IMG/VR virus record: IMGVR_UViG_3300032116_014939 | Location: 124,001 to 188,000 of that record | DNA: 64,000 bases | Reading direction: 5' to 3' (one strand) | Part shown: positions 49,416-59,575 of the stretch, in pieces | How the letters are laid out: each line of letters opens with the position of its first letter | Numbering within the stretch: the first letter of the stretch is position 1 | Notes under the pieces: generated by a model | Told to the model about the DNA's origin: nothing | Databases searched by the model: none | The model's input: only the letters and a program-made list of their open reading frames with translations | Translations under genes and position numbers: made by a program

Positions 49416-49949
49416 ATGGATAAATTTGCATACGGACATGAAGTTCACACGGACATGATAGTCCAAATAGTTAAATCAATTAATTGTAAAAATTATTTAG
49501 AATTAGGTGTATATGATGGGTCAACTTTTGAAAAAGTTTCAGAAGTAGTACCTAGGGTAATTGGGGTTGATATTATTGATTTTAGAAGAAATAAAAACAT
49601 TGGTGAGTTCCATCAAACATCAACACAAGACTTTTTAAATAATTTTAATGAAATAGTAGATGTTATTTTCATAGATGCTGACCATGCGTTTGAAGCGGTT
49701 AAATTAGATTTCAAAGCATCACTTAAAAATTTAAATGAATTTGGGGTAATTATTTTACATGATACTGACCCAATTTCTGAAAAATATATTACCCGAGAAC
49801 ACTGTGAGGATTCTTATAAAATGATAGATTGGATTAAAACTGAATATCCTGAGATGGATATTTTTACATTCCCCATATCCGAAGCGGGTTTAACAATTGT
49901 CAAACGTTCTATTGACAGACGTGTTAGTAAATTTTTAAATAATGGATAA
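49416..49949 (+). CDS. Class I SAM-dependent methyltransferase
   Basis: YLELGVYDG, IGVD, DVIFIDADH, GVIILHD. Confidence 0.85.
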   Translation: MDKFAYGHEVHTDMIVQIVKSINCKNYLELGVYDGSTFEKVSEVVPRVIGVDIIDFRRNKNIGEFHQTSTQDFLNNFNEIVDVIFIDADHAFEAVKLDFKASLKNLNEFGVIILHDTDPISEKYITREHCEDSYKMIDWIKTEYPEMDIFTFPISEAGLTIVKRSIDRRVSKFLNNG

Positions 49950-49972
49950 TAAAAAAATAAATTAAAATTACC

Positions 49973-50626
49973 ATGAATAAAGAATATACTATAATTATAC
50001 CAAGCAATAGAGACTCTTTAAAAGATGAATTAATTACTCATTTAAAAAACATGGATGAAGAATCAATTTGGAAAAATGGTCACGGATACCCATCTTTCTC
50101 AAAATTAATTAATGATTGTGTTGTTGAATCACCAACAGAAACCATTATTATTTGTAATGACAAAGCTAGACCTAAAAAAGAACATATTGAAAAAATTTTA
50201 ACTCTTTTAGAACAAGGATATGGGTTTGTTGGATTATATGCGTGGGGGTTTTTTGGTTTTAAAAAAGAATTATTTAGAAATATTGGGTTTATGGATGAAA
50301 GATTTATTGGGGGTAATTATGAAGATAGTGATTACCTAAGAAGAATGATGGAGGGCAATATTGCCATGTATAATTCATTTGAAATAGATTATATCTCTAT
50401 GAGTTCAGGATGGAACATATCAAATACAAAAAACCATTTTGATAAAAAATGGGAGCATGGTGATTTACCAGGTGATAAATATGTAAAACGATTATTACCA
50501 GAAGAAACTTATGATTATAACATAGGTGAAAAAACAAACATAAAATTTCTACCATGGTCTGATTCATTTTTTAGTATTGACGTAGGTAAATCAGAAACAT
50601 TCATGGATTACAAAATAAAAATATAA
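49973..50626 (+). CDS. GT-A-like glycosyltransferase (short)
   Basis: IIIPSNR, IGFMDERFIGGNYEDSDY. Confidence 0.7.
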   Translation: MNKEYTIIIPSNRDSLKDELITHLKNMDEESIWKNGHGYPSFSKLINDCVVESPTETIIICNDKARPKKEHIEKILTLLEQGYGFVGLYAWGFFGFKKELFRNIGFMDERFIGGNYEDSDYLRRMMEGNIAMYNSFEIDYISMSSGWNISNTKNHFDKKWEHGDLPGDKYVKRLLPEETYDYNIGEKTNIKFLPWSDSFFSIDVGKSETFMDYKIKI

Positions 50627-50648
50627 AATAAATAAATTATATAAAATA

Positions 50649-51623
50649 ATGAAAGAAAAAGTTTTATTAGTAGGTGGTGCCGGTTACATCGGAGGATTAA
50701 CATCAGATTATCTTATTAGAGAAGGGTTTGATATAACTATTTACGATAATTTATTATATGAAAATAGGTATTTAAAAGATGTTTCTTTTATTTATGGAGA
50801 CATTAGAGATACTGATAAACTTTATGAAGTATCTAAAGATTTTGATATTATAGTTTTAATGGCTGCTTTAGTTGGTGACCCGGCTTGTAGTGTTGACCCA
50901 TTTTTAACTGAAGAAATTAATTATAATTCTATTAAAAATTTTTGTGATATTGTTTCACCCGATAAACATTTAATTTTCATGTCTACGTGTTCAGTTTACG
51001 GGGCTCAAGATGGTATATTAGATGAATTAAGTGAAACAAATCCATTATCATCATATGCATCAACAAAACTTAAAGCCGAAAAACACATTTTAGACAAAAA
51101 TGGGACAATTTTTAGATTAGGAACTGTATTTGGTCTTGGTGACACATATTCTAGAATTAGAATGGATTTAGTTGTTAATGTATTAACTATGAAGGCGGTA
51201 AAAGAAGGTACTATAACTATTAATGGAGGTGAACAATGGAGACCAATAATAGCAGTTAAAGATATTGCGGGATATATTACAGAGGCCTGTAAAGAAAAGT
51301 ATCCGGGAATTTTTGTTTTATCAAAAGAAAATGTTATAATTAAAGAACTAGGTGAACGTGTTGCTAAAATAGTACCTAATACTAAAGTAACGTACACTGA
51401 AATATCTTTTCAAGATGCTAGAAATTATCGTGTTGATAATTCAAAATCTTTAAAAGTTTTTAAATATAAACCAATTACAACCGTTGAGGATGAGGTATTA
51501 AGAATGGTAACTTTATTTGAAGAAAATAGAATTGAAAACCCTGAAGATAAAGTTTACCACAATGGAGCGTTTTTAACAAATAAAAAAAATCAAAAAGAAT
51601 TATTATGGACACAAAAAAATTAA
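50649..51623 (+). CDS. NAD-dependent nucleotide-sugar epimerase/dehydratase (extended SDR)
   Basis: GGAGYIG, STCSVYG, YASTK, RLGTVFG. Confidence 0.9.
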   Translation: MKEKVLLVGGAGYIGGLTSDYLIREGFDITIYDNLLYENRYLKDVSFIYGDIRDTDKLYEVSKDFDIIVLMAALVGDPACSVDPFLTEEINYNSIKNFCDIVSPDKHLIFMSTCSVYGAQDGILDELSETNPLSSYASTKLKAEKHILDKNGTIFRLGTVFGLGDTYSRIRMDLVVNVLTMKAVKEGTITINGGEQWRPIIAVKDIAGYITEACKEKYPGIFVLSKENVIIKELGERVAKIVPNTKVTYTEISFQDARNYRVDNSKSLKVFKYKPITTVEDEVLRMVTLFEENRIENPEDKVYHNGAFLTNKKNQKELLWTQKN

Positions 51624-52024
51624 TGAATGGTGGTATCTCTGTTGATGATAGAGGTTCGGTTAGATTTGTTAATGATTTCAATTTTGAAAATGTAAAGAGA
51701 TTTTACCAAGTTGAGAATCATAGACAAGGATTTATAAGAGCGTGGCATGGTCATAAAAAAGAAGGGAAATATGTTTATGTATCTAGTGGTACCGCACTTA
51801 TTGGAATTGTTAATATGGAAACTGAAGAAATTACAAAATATATTTTAAGTGCAAGACAACCAAAAGTATTATTTATCCCACCGAATCATTATAATGGTTT
51901 TAAAAATTTGGAAGAAAATACTTCAGTTATTTTCTTTTCTACTACATCATTAGAAGAAAGTTTAGGTGACGATATAAGATTACCACATGATAATTGGAAT
52001 ATATGGGAAGAAGATTTTAGATAA
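51605..52024 (+). CDS. rmlC: dTDP-4-dehydrorhamnose 3,5-epimerase-like cupin
   Basis: DDRG, IRAWHGH, LFIPP..YNGF. Confidence 0.75.
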   Translation: MDTKKLMNGGISVDDRGSVRFVNDFNFENVKRFYQVENHRQGFIRAWHGHKKEGKYVYVSSGTALIGIVNMETEEITKYILSARQPKVLFIPPNHYNGFKNLEENTSVIFFSTTSLEESLGDDIRLPHDNWNIWEEDFR

Positions 52025-52049
52025 AAAAAATAAAAAAAGTAAAAAAATT

Positions 52050-52874
52050 ATGAAAATTTATATTTTAGGTTCAAAAGGTATGTTAGGTAAATATGTTTAC
52101 ACTTATTTATCTGAAAAATTTAATGTTAATGAAATTAACAGAGATGTTCTTGACGCATCTCAACAGACAGAAAAAACATTAGAAGAAATTTTAATCAATT
52201 GTGGAGTAAATCAGGGTGATGTTATTATAAATTGTATTGGTACAATTAAACCAAGAGTTGACCAATTAGGTGACTTAAACGCAATTTTAGTAAACTCAGT
52301 TTTTCCAAGATTATTAGCTAATGTTTGTGAGAAAAATGAATGGAATATGATTCATCCAACAACTGATTGTGTCTTTTCAGGTAAAAAAGGTAGATATGAT
52401 GAAAAAGATAAATATGATGTTGATGATGTATATGGTATGTCTAAAGCTATGGGAGAACCAAGTAATTGTACAATAATAAGAACTTCAATAATTGGTGAAG
52501 AAGTTAATCAACATAGGTCTTTAGTTGAATGGGTTAAAAGTCAAAAAAATAATACAGTTAATGGTTTTTTAAATCATTTTTGGAATGGTATTACTTGTTT
52601 AGAATGGGCTAAATTAGTGGAAAAAATTATTGATAACAAAGATTTTTGGAAAGGGATTAAACATTTTGTTTCACCAACTCAAGTTACAAAATACGATTTA
52701 GTAAAAATGATATCAAATTCATATGAATTAAATATTGGTATTAACGCCATGAATTCAGAATTAACTGTTGATAGAACTTTATCGACTATTTTTGATACAA
52801 AATATGATATACCTGAGTTGGAATTTCAAATAAATGAAATGCAATCATTCTCAAAAAAGTTACACAAAAATTAA
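52050..52874 (+). CDS. rmlD: dTDP-4-dehydrorhamnose reductase-like; start moved to ATG 52050
   Basis: GSKGMLG, TTDCVFSG, YGMSK, RTSIIG. Confidence 0.85.
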   Translation: MKIYILGSKGMLGKYVYTYLSEKFNVNEINRDVLDASQQTEKTLEEILINCGVNQGDVIINCIGTIKPRVDQLGDLNAILVNSVFPRLLANVCEKNEWNMIHPTTDCVFSGKKGRYDEKDKYDVDDVYGMSKAMGEPSNCTIIRTSIIGEEVNQHRSLVEWVKSQKNNTVNGFLNHFWNGITCLEWAKLVEKIIDNKDFWKGIKHFVSPTQVTKYDLVKMISNSYELNIGINAMNSELTVDRTLSTIFDTKYDIPELEFQINEMQSFSKKLHKN

Positions 52875-52877
52875 ATA

Positions 52878-53618
52878 ATGACAAGAAAAAAAACAATTAG
52901 CAAAGACAGTCAGTATATTCCTACTGAAGCTAAACCAAAAATGTCGAAAAAAGACCAAATTAGTGGGATGATTAAAAAGAGTAAAGATAAATTCTTAACT
53001 CAAAGTCAGAGAGAGTACTATGATAAATTGAAGAAAAATCAAATAACAATTTGTTCAGGTCCGGCAGGTGTTGGTAAAAGTTTTATAGCAATGAAAGCAG
53101 CGGTTGATTTAATTGCCGACCATACGTCACCTTACGAAAAAATTATCATTGTTAGACCAGCGGTTGAAGCTGAAGAAAAACTTGGTTCATTACCTGGTAA
53201 TGTTGAAGAAAAATTAGACCCGTATATCTTCCCATCATATTATCTATTAAATAAAATTATAGGTAAAGAGGCGAGAGAAAAATTAAAACAAATGGAAGTT
53301 ATTGAGGTTTTCGCATTGGCATATATGAGAGGGATGAATATTGATAATTCTATTTTAATATTTGAAGAAGCTCAAAATGCTACGCCAAAACAAATGAAGT
53401 TATTATTAACTCGTATTGGTACCGATAGCAAATTTTTTATATCAGGTGATTTAGAACAAACTGACAGATATAAAGATAAAAAACATTCAGGTTTATGGGA
53501 TGCTATTGAGAAATTTAAAAACATTTCAGAGATTGGAGTTCATGAATTTGGAGATGATGATGTTGTTAGAAATCCATTAATTACTGAAATATTAAAAAGG
53601 TATGAAGATAGGAATTGA
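52878..53618 (+). CDS. phoH: PhoH-family ATPase
   Basis: GPAGVGKS, RPAVE, LGSLPG, YMRG, EEAQN, GDLEQ.D, VVRNPL. Confidence 0.95.
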   Translation: MTRKKTISKDSQYIPTEAKPKMSKKDQISGMIKKSKDKFLTQSQREYYDKLKKNQITICSGPAGVGKSFIAMKAAVDLIADHTSPYEKIIIVRPAVEAEEKLGSLPGNVEEKLDPYIFPSYYLLNKIIGKEAREKLKQMEVIEVFALAYMRGMNIDNSILIFEEAQNATPKQMKLLLTRIGTDSKFFISGDLEQTDRYKDKKHSGLWDAIEKFKNISEIGVHEFGDDDVVRNPLITEILKRYEDRN

Positions 53619-54228
53619 TATTAACGGAGTTTTAAGGGATACTATTGGTAAGTTTAAAACAACCTATAATAAATTTCTAATTGAAAAAAGTGACGGGTTT
53701 GAGGAAGATGAGGTGTCGTTTAACTATGAGATAATTGAACCAATTGATAGTTTAGATTTATCCAAACATTTTTTATTTCCTTCAAAAGAAGAAATGTTTT
53801 CATTCATGTTTGAAGAATGTCCTATGGAAATATTTGGTCATTCACCATCAAGTGAAATGACAACATTTGTGGATTTCAACGACATATATGTTAAACACAG
53901 AGATAATATTCAGTTCACTATTATATCAGATGAAATTTCAAAATCAAAACCCGCAACTTTATTTTTTTTATCAAAATTTGGTTGTTTGGTTGAAAGAATT
54001 ATTTTCTATAATGAAGTAACAAAAAAAGAAGTTTTAAATGAATTTGATTTAATAGTTACTTCTAACCCTGAAATTATTATTAATTACAATAATAAAGTTG
54101 TTAAATATAAAACACTTTATAATGAAAAAATAAACTCGTCTAAAACTATTGAAAAGTTAAAGGAATTAGACGAAATAATCTCAAATATTACAGATGTTAA
54201 AAATACTAGGGGAACATTACTATATTGA
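53602..54228 (+). CDS. 5'(3')-deoxyribonucleotidase-like HAD protein
   Basis: MKIGIDINGVLRD motif I. Confidence 0.65.
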   Translation: MKIGIDINGVLRDTIGKFKTTYNKFLIEKSDGFEEDEVSFNYEIIEPIDSLDLSKHFLFPSKEEMFSFMFEECPMEIFGHSPSSEMTTFVDFNDIYVKHRDNIQFTIISDEISKSKPATLFFLSKFGCLVERIIFYNEVTKKEVLNEFDLIVTSNPEIIINYNNKVVKYKTLYNEKINSSKTIEKLKELDEIISNITDVKNTRGTLLY

Positions 54229-54457
54229 TTTGGAGTCTGCTCAATCAATTATTAATATAGACACACCAAACTCATCAGGTTCAACTGAACAACAGATAGG
54301 TGTGGTTCAATACGAAATAATTAAAATGATGCTAGAGGTAGTCTTGAGTGAAACTGAAGAAGTTGATGAAACTTTAGGAGATAAAGCATCAGCATCAATA
54401 CCATTTAAATTGGCATTTAACACTTTATTAAATAATAAAATAATTCAAAAATACTAA
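54194..54457 (+). CDS. Hypothetical protein
   Basis: Coupled ORF inside the operon. Confidence 0.7.
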   Translation: MLKILGEHYYIDLESAQSIINIDTPNSSGSTEQQIGVVQYEIIKMMLEVVLSETEEVDETLGDKASASIPFKLAFNTLLNNKIIQKY

Positions 54458-54460
54458 AAC

Positions 54461-55519
54461 ATGGAAGAAACAATTAAAAAAATTGAAGATTCAATTAAAA
54501 ATTTGAGTGAAAAAAAATCAAGAATTTATTTTTTCGCTCAAGATACTTTAGGGAACGCTAAAGCGTCAATCAAATACATTTATGATATGGCATTAACACT
54601 TAAAAATGCCGGTTATAATGTCATTATTTTACATGAAAAACCTAATTATTTTGGAGTACAAAGTTGGTTAGGAAATAAATATGATTCTATTCCCCACCAA
54701 TCAGTAGAAGGACAAAATTTACAAATAGCGCCTGAAGATTTTATGATTATTCCTGAAATTTTTGGTTACGTTATGAGTCAATTAACAAACTTACCTTGTA
54801 CTAAAATCGTATTGTCACAGTCTTATGACTATATATTTGAAACTCTTCAACCAGGACAAACTTGGCAACAATTTAACTTTACAAAGTGTATCACAACTTC
54901 AGAAGAGCAAAAAAATTATGTTTCAAAATTAATGAGAATGAGTGCTGTTGACGTTATTGAACCAGTAATCGATGAGAATTTTGTTGTTTCTGAAAAACCT
55001 GTTAAACCAATTATTTCGGTTGTGTTTAGAGAACAAAGAGATTCAATTAATTTTATCAAGTCGTTCTATCAAAAGTATCCACAATTTAGATGGATTACTT
55101 TCCGTGATTTAAGAGGTTTATCTCAAGAAGAATTTGCAAGTTCATTAAGAGAATCTATGTTGTCAGTATGGAACGATAGAATTAGTTCTTTTGGTACCTT
55201 CCCATTAGAATCTATGAAGAGTGGTGTAGCAGTTATGGGTGTAGTTCCAAAACTAATTCCAAGTTGGTTAAGCGAAGAAAACGGAATTTGGATACAAGAT
55301 GAAATAAAACTTGTAGACTATGTTGCAGATTTTGTTCAAAATTGGTTAGAAGATAATGTTTCTGAAAATCTTTACAAGAATGGTATTGAAACTTCGGAAA
55401 AATATAGTGATGTAGAAAAATTTGAAAAGACAATTTTATCAACGTTTGAAGGTTATCTTCAAGTTATAAAAGAAAATTTTGAAACTGAATTAAATAAACT
55501 ACAATTAATTGAAAATTAA
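54461..55519 (+). CDS. Glycosyltransferase, GT-B-like
   Basis: IIPEIF, VLSQ, FGTFPLESMKSG acceptor/donor loop. Confidence 0.7.
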   Translation: MEETIKKIEDSIKNLSEKKSRIYFFAQDTLGNAKASIKYIYDMALTLKNAGYNVIILHEKPNYFGVQSWLGNKYDSIPHQSVEGQNLQIAPEDFMIIPEIFGYVMSQLTNLPCTKIVLSQSYDYIFETLQPGQTWQQFNFTKCITTSEEQKNYVSKLMRMSAVDVIEPVIDENFVVSEKPVKPIISVVFREQRDSINFIKSFYQKYPQFRWITFRDLRGLSQEEFASSLRESMLSVWNDRISSFGTFPLESMKSGVAVMGVVPKLIPSWLSEENGIWIQDEIKLVDYVADFVQNWLEDNVSENLYKNGIETSEKYSDVEKFEKTILSTFEGYLQVIKENFETELNKLQLIEN

Positions 55520-55523
55520 TATT

Positions 55524-56330
55524 ATGGAAAATATTTTAGATTTAAGTGTTATATTACCTATTAAAAGTATGGTAATGAGAGATTTTGAGGATTTCTTTAA
55601 AAAATCAATTGAGTCTGTACAATCTCAAGAGTTCTTACCAAAAAACTTAATTATAGTTCATGGTAAAGATAAAAATTTATCGGATTATTTGAAAAAATAT
55701 GATTTTCAAAATCTTAAAGTAACAACTTTTGAATTTGATGGAGAACCAAATTTTTCAAATCAGGTTAATTTTGGAATTACAAAAGCTGAAACTAAATGGG
55801 TTAGTATTCTAGAAGTTGACGATGAATACTCAAAAATTTGGTTTAAAAATGTAAAAAAATATTTAGATTCATATTCTGATGTTGACGCATTTTTACCTAT
55901 CGTAGTTGAGGTAGATAATAAATTAACCTTCCAAGGATTTACAAACGAAGCTACATTTGCGGCTAATTTCTCACAAGAAATGGGATATCTAACAAATGAA
56001 ACTTTATTACAATATCAAAATTTTCAAACATCAGGAATGGTATTCAAAAAATCTCTAATTGAAGATTTTGGTGGATTTAAACCAAGCATTAAATTAACAT
56101 TTGTTTATGAATTGTTACTTCGTTTAACGTACAATTCGGCTAAAATTATGACTATTCCTAAAATTGGTTACAAACACACTAATTTAAGAGAAGGTTCTAT
56201 TTTTTGGGAATACAAAAATGGTGAAACCAAACTTGAAGAAAATGAGGTTAAGTTTTGGGTATCTTCAGCTAAAAAAGAATATTTTTTTAGTGAAGACAGA
56301 AACATAAAATTTGTTCCTGAAAATGCTTAA
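55524..56330 (+). CDS. GT2 glycosyltransferase
   Basis: LSVILP, QVNFGI, ILEVDDEY, GGFKPS, YKHTN. Confidence 0.8.
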   Translation: MENILDLSVILPIKSMVMRDFEDFFKKSIESVQSQEFLPKNLIIVHGKDKNLSDYLKKYDFQNLKVTTFEFDGEPNFSNQVNFGITKAETKWVSILEVDDEYSKIWFKNVKKYLDSYSDVDAFLPIVVEVDNKLTFQGFTNEATFAANFSQEMGYLTNETLLQYQNFQTSGMVFKKSLIEDFGGFKPSIKLTFVYELLLRLTYNSAKIMTIPKIGYKHTNLREGSIFWEYKNGETKLEENEVKFWVSSAKKEYFFSEDRNIKFVPENA

Positions 56331-57067
56331 TGATATTAAGCGCCAGCTCAATAGAAATTGCCGTTAAGACGAAAAAAAAATCTAGCGGTGAAAATTACTT
56401 TGACATAAGAGAAGAGAATGCGGTCAGAATGTTTCTGACTGCTTCTACTTTTGAAGAAAAAAATAAGATTTATAATGAATATTTAAGACATCCTTTAGAT
56501 AAAATGATTTCTTCAATTATTCGTAGATATAAATTATACAGAAAAGATATGGATTTTATTGAAATTCATACTGATACACATTCATTTTTGATGACAAAAA
56601 TTGACAAATTTAGTCCATCAAAAGAAAAGAAAGCTTATTCATATTTTGGAACTATTTGCAAGAATTATCTTATGGGTCAAATATTAAAAGACCAAAAAGA
56701 ACAAAATAGAAAAATTTCCTATGAAGATATATCAGGTGATTTAGAAAATTCTCCTGAAATGGTTTATTACTTAGATGTTGAACCATCTGAAGAAGTTAAT
56801 TTAATACCAATATTAATTGATTATATTAAAGAAACTATTGAAATTGATGATTTAAACGAAAGTGAAATAAAATTAGGTATTTCATTAGTTGAGATTATGG
56901 AAAATTATGAGACAATTTTTCCAGCAACTGATAACAATAAATTTAATAAAAATATTATTTTATTATCGCTCAGAGAGATGACAAATATGTCAACAAAAGA
57001 AATAAGAGCGTCAATGAAAAAGTTCAAAAAAATATATACTGCTCTACTCCAAGTTAATCCTGAATAA
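56330..57067 (+). CDS. Phage RNA polymerase sigma factor (T4 gp55-like late sigma candidate)
   Basis: Sigma region 2-like KIDKFSPSKEKKAYSYFGTICKNYL; NYF...E.A N-terminus. Confidence 0.7.
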   Translation: MILSASSIEIAVKTKKKSSGENYFDIREENAVRMFLTASTFEEKNKIYNEYLRHPLDKMISSIIRRYKLYRKDMDFIEIHTDTHSFLMTKIDKFSPSKEKKAYSYFGTICKNYLMGQILKDQKEQNRKISYEDISGDLENSPEMVYYLDVEPSEEVNLIPILIDYIKETIEIDDLNESEIKLGISLVEIMENYETIFPATDNNKFNKNIILLSLREMTNMSTKEIRASMKKFKKIYTALLQVNPE

Positions 57068-57083
57068 AAAATGTCATAAAAAA

Positions 57084-57091
57084 TATTTATA
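57084..57091 (+). promoter_or_regulatory. Putative late promoter TATTTATA
   Basis: 3 nt upstream of ATG 57095. Confidence 0.65.
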
Positions 57092-57094
57092 AGT

Positions 57095-57457
57095 ATGACA
57101 AAACCAAAAAAGAAACAAATAAATTTTACACAGGACTCAATTTTAGCTCTGATGCAGGAAATTTATAATGAGTTAGTTGAACAACGCTCCACCGCAATTA
57201 GAATTCAAAATAAAATGATTTCTATGATGAAAGAGCCTGAAGACATGACTGTTATAGGCCCGGTTATTGAAAAACAACAAAAAATCATAAATGATTGTGT
57301 TGAGAAAAAACTTACGTTATCTAAGTTACAATCAGGTATATGGGAAAAAAGAAGTAATTCCGAAGAAACTTTTGATATTTCATCTATGGATGATGATATT
57401 CTACAGGGTCTAATTTCAAAGGATATAAATTCAGATATTGAAAAATTTAATCTGTAA
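57095..57457 (+). CDS. Hypothetical helical late protein
   Basis: ORF after the late motif, coupled to the next gene. Confidence 0.75.
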   Translation: MTKPKKKQINFTQDSILALMQEIYNELVEQRSTAIRIQNKMISMMKEPEDMTVIGPVIEKQQKIINDCVEKKLTLSKLQSGIWEKRSNSEETFDISSMDDDILQGLISKDINSDIEKFNL

Positions 57458-59379
57458 TGGCAGAGGATATCAGACAAGGTTTTAAAGAAAGTAAAGCAAG
57501 GGCTAAAGCCGTCAAAACTTTTACGCAAGTACAAAAGGATTATGAAGGGTTTATACAGAACAATACTGATAGATTACAAAAAAAAGCGGAAAACATTCAA
57601 ATAAATTTAGATTCCGCAACAATTTCAAGAAAAATTAAAGAAAAAACAAGTAATTCGTTTGAAGAATTAATTGATTTAATTGGTCAAACAAATACTAACC
57701 CAAATAATGATTTTTTTATTAATATTTTAAAAAATCAATTACAGAATTTACCAACTTTAATTGAAGGTATTATCGAAGAGTGTGTTTTTAGCTCATTGAA
57801 TTGTTCTAATGAACAAACTTATTTAACAAATCAAGAACTATATATTCAAGTAAGTGAAATTGATTTATTTAATCAACTTAAATTAAGTCCTGATAGTTCC
57901 ATTGGTGCTTCAATATATGAAAAAATACCGTATGACCCATTAGCATCAAGAAGAAGTACTAACAGGTTTTTATACGAATTAATTCAAACACCATCAGTTC
58001 CGCAAGTTTACTACGGTTCATCAGGTCAAGAATTATTTAAAATTTCTTTTGAAACTTTTAACGGAGTTACTCAGGGGAATTATTTTAAAGTAGTTTTATA
58101 CCAAAGAATAAATGCTCCAAATAGAGTAACAGATTTTATTATTGATTATTATAAAACTCTAAAAATGTTAGATTTTAATAATGCGATAAATAAAATAGTT
58201 GATTTAATTTTAAACATAACAAAATTTAATTCAAATACCGGACCTTCAAAATATAATGATTGGTTAAAATTCACTAGAATACTTGAAAGAATTTTAGGAA
58301 TGTGTTTTGATTCTAACCAAGAGATTGATGTTGGGGGTATTGCAAAATATCCTGAATATGATGATGTTACTGACACATTTTTTGAATTTACACCAAATGA
58401 AATTTCTCAAATTGAGAACGAAATTTCTATCATAAGACAGGGTTATGTTGAATTTATTGATTGTAATAATGTTCAATTACCAATTAGTGATGTTGATTAT
58501 GTTTTTGACACTATAAGTGAAGTCAATGAAGATGGAAGTAATATTAATACAATATTTCAAGATATCTATTTTAATTTATCTAATGATGATAGATGGCAAT
58601 TACAAGGTATTTCTCTTGATTACGCTTGGAATCAAGGAATAATTAAAAACTTTGTTAAAGGTGCAATGATGTCAATTTTATCACCAAAAGTCCTATTACC
58701 TTTTGTGGTTATGTCTAAAGCACTTTCAACCACTGTTTCCAATTTAGATGAAAACATTGTAAACGATTTAGAAGCAAGTTCACCAGGAATGATGCAGTTT
58801 GCAAAATTGAACAGAAAAATGATAATCTGTGCTACCTCAAAAATAGGTGCGTTATTTATTGAAGCATTATATGAACAATTCAAACAGGATATTCTTAAAT
58901 TAGTTAAATCAATATTAAGAGATTTGATTGTGACTAAAACAAAAATGCAAAAAAATGCAATTCAATCAATTTTAGATAATACAGAGGCAATTATTAGAGG
59001 AGTAGTTAGTTTAGTTAATGACTATCGAAGTTGTAAATCACTACTTAATGCAATTTTTAATCTATTAAAATTAACTCCAATACCTAGAAAATATATTTTA
59101 CCAACACCATTTTTATATTTAACTGAATATCTATCTGGAGTTTTACCTCAAAAAGAAGTTGTTGAATACATTTTACAAATGCAACAACTTGGGATACCAA
59201 CAGGCCCGGGTATTAATGGTGAGCCTGACTTAGGAACCCTTGAGAAAATTGCGGTCTTTACAGCATCTTTTAATGAAAGGACTAAAAATGGTAAAATTGA
59301 AGGTGTTATAGTTACTGAAACAATTTCACCTACAGGTCAACCAACAGGAAATGTAAGAGTAACAGGAAAATATTTTTAA
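57457..59379 (+). CDS. Hypothetical virion/baseplate-associated protein
   Basis: 640 aa ORF in the late operon before the spike-like gene. Confidence 0.7.
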   Translation: MAEDIRQGFKESKARAKAVKTFTQVQKDYEGFIQNNTDRLQKKAENIQINLDSATISRKIKEKTSNSFEELIDLIGQTNTNPNNDFFINILKNQLQNLPTLIEGIIEECVFSSLNCSNEQTYLTNQELYIQVSEIDLFNQLKLSPDSSIGASIYEKIPYDPLASRRSTNRFLYELIQTPSVPQVYYGSSGQELFKISFETFNGVTQGNYFKVVLYQRINAPNRVTDFIIDYYKTLKMLDFNNAINKIVDLILNITKFNSNTGPSKYNDWLKFTRILERILGMCFDSNQEIDVGGIAKYPEYDDVTDTFFEFTPNEISQIENEISIIRQGYVEFIDCNNVQLPISDVDYVFDTISEVNEDGSNINTIFQDIYFNLSNDDRWQLQGISLDYAWNQGIIKNFVKGAMMSILSPKVLLPFVVMSKALSTTVSNLDENIVNDLEASSPGMMQFAKLNRKMIICATSKIGALFIEALYEQFKQDILKLVKSILRDLIVTKTKMQKNAIQSILDNTEAIIRGVVSLVNDYRSCKSLLNAIFNLLKLTPIPRKYILPTPFLYLTEYLSGVLPQKEVVEYILQMQQLGIPTGPGINGEPDLGTLEKIAVFTASFNERTKNGKIEGVIVTETISPTGQPTGNVRVTGKYF

Positions 59380-59380
59380 T

Positions 59381-59575
59381 ATGTCAGAAAAAATAAAAGA
59401 AATATTAGTTGAATATAAAACTAAATCAAACAAAGATTTGGTATTAGCAATGGATTTTTTATCAAAAGAATTTGATAATACCAAACATTTAGTTATTGAA
59501 TTAACAAAAAAAATTGATAAAATAGAATCAACATATAACAAAATTTTAAAAGAATATGAGTCAAGGAAGGGATGA
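59381..59575 (+). CDS. Small coiled-coil protein
   Basis: Heptad pattern LSKEFDNTKHLVIELTKKIDKIESTYNKIL. Confidence 0.65.
   Translation: MSEKIKEILVEYKTKSNKDLVLAMDFLSKEFDNTKHLVIELTKKIDKIESTYNKILKEYESRKG

Noticed and set aside
36793-56330. Bacterial O-antigen locus (host contamination or chimeric contig)
   Set aside because: Translationally coupled to dut, phoH and the sigma factor, shares the GATC avoidance of the phage genes, and lacks export and priming genes. Read-level confirmation was not possible.
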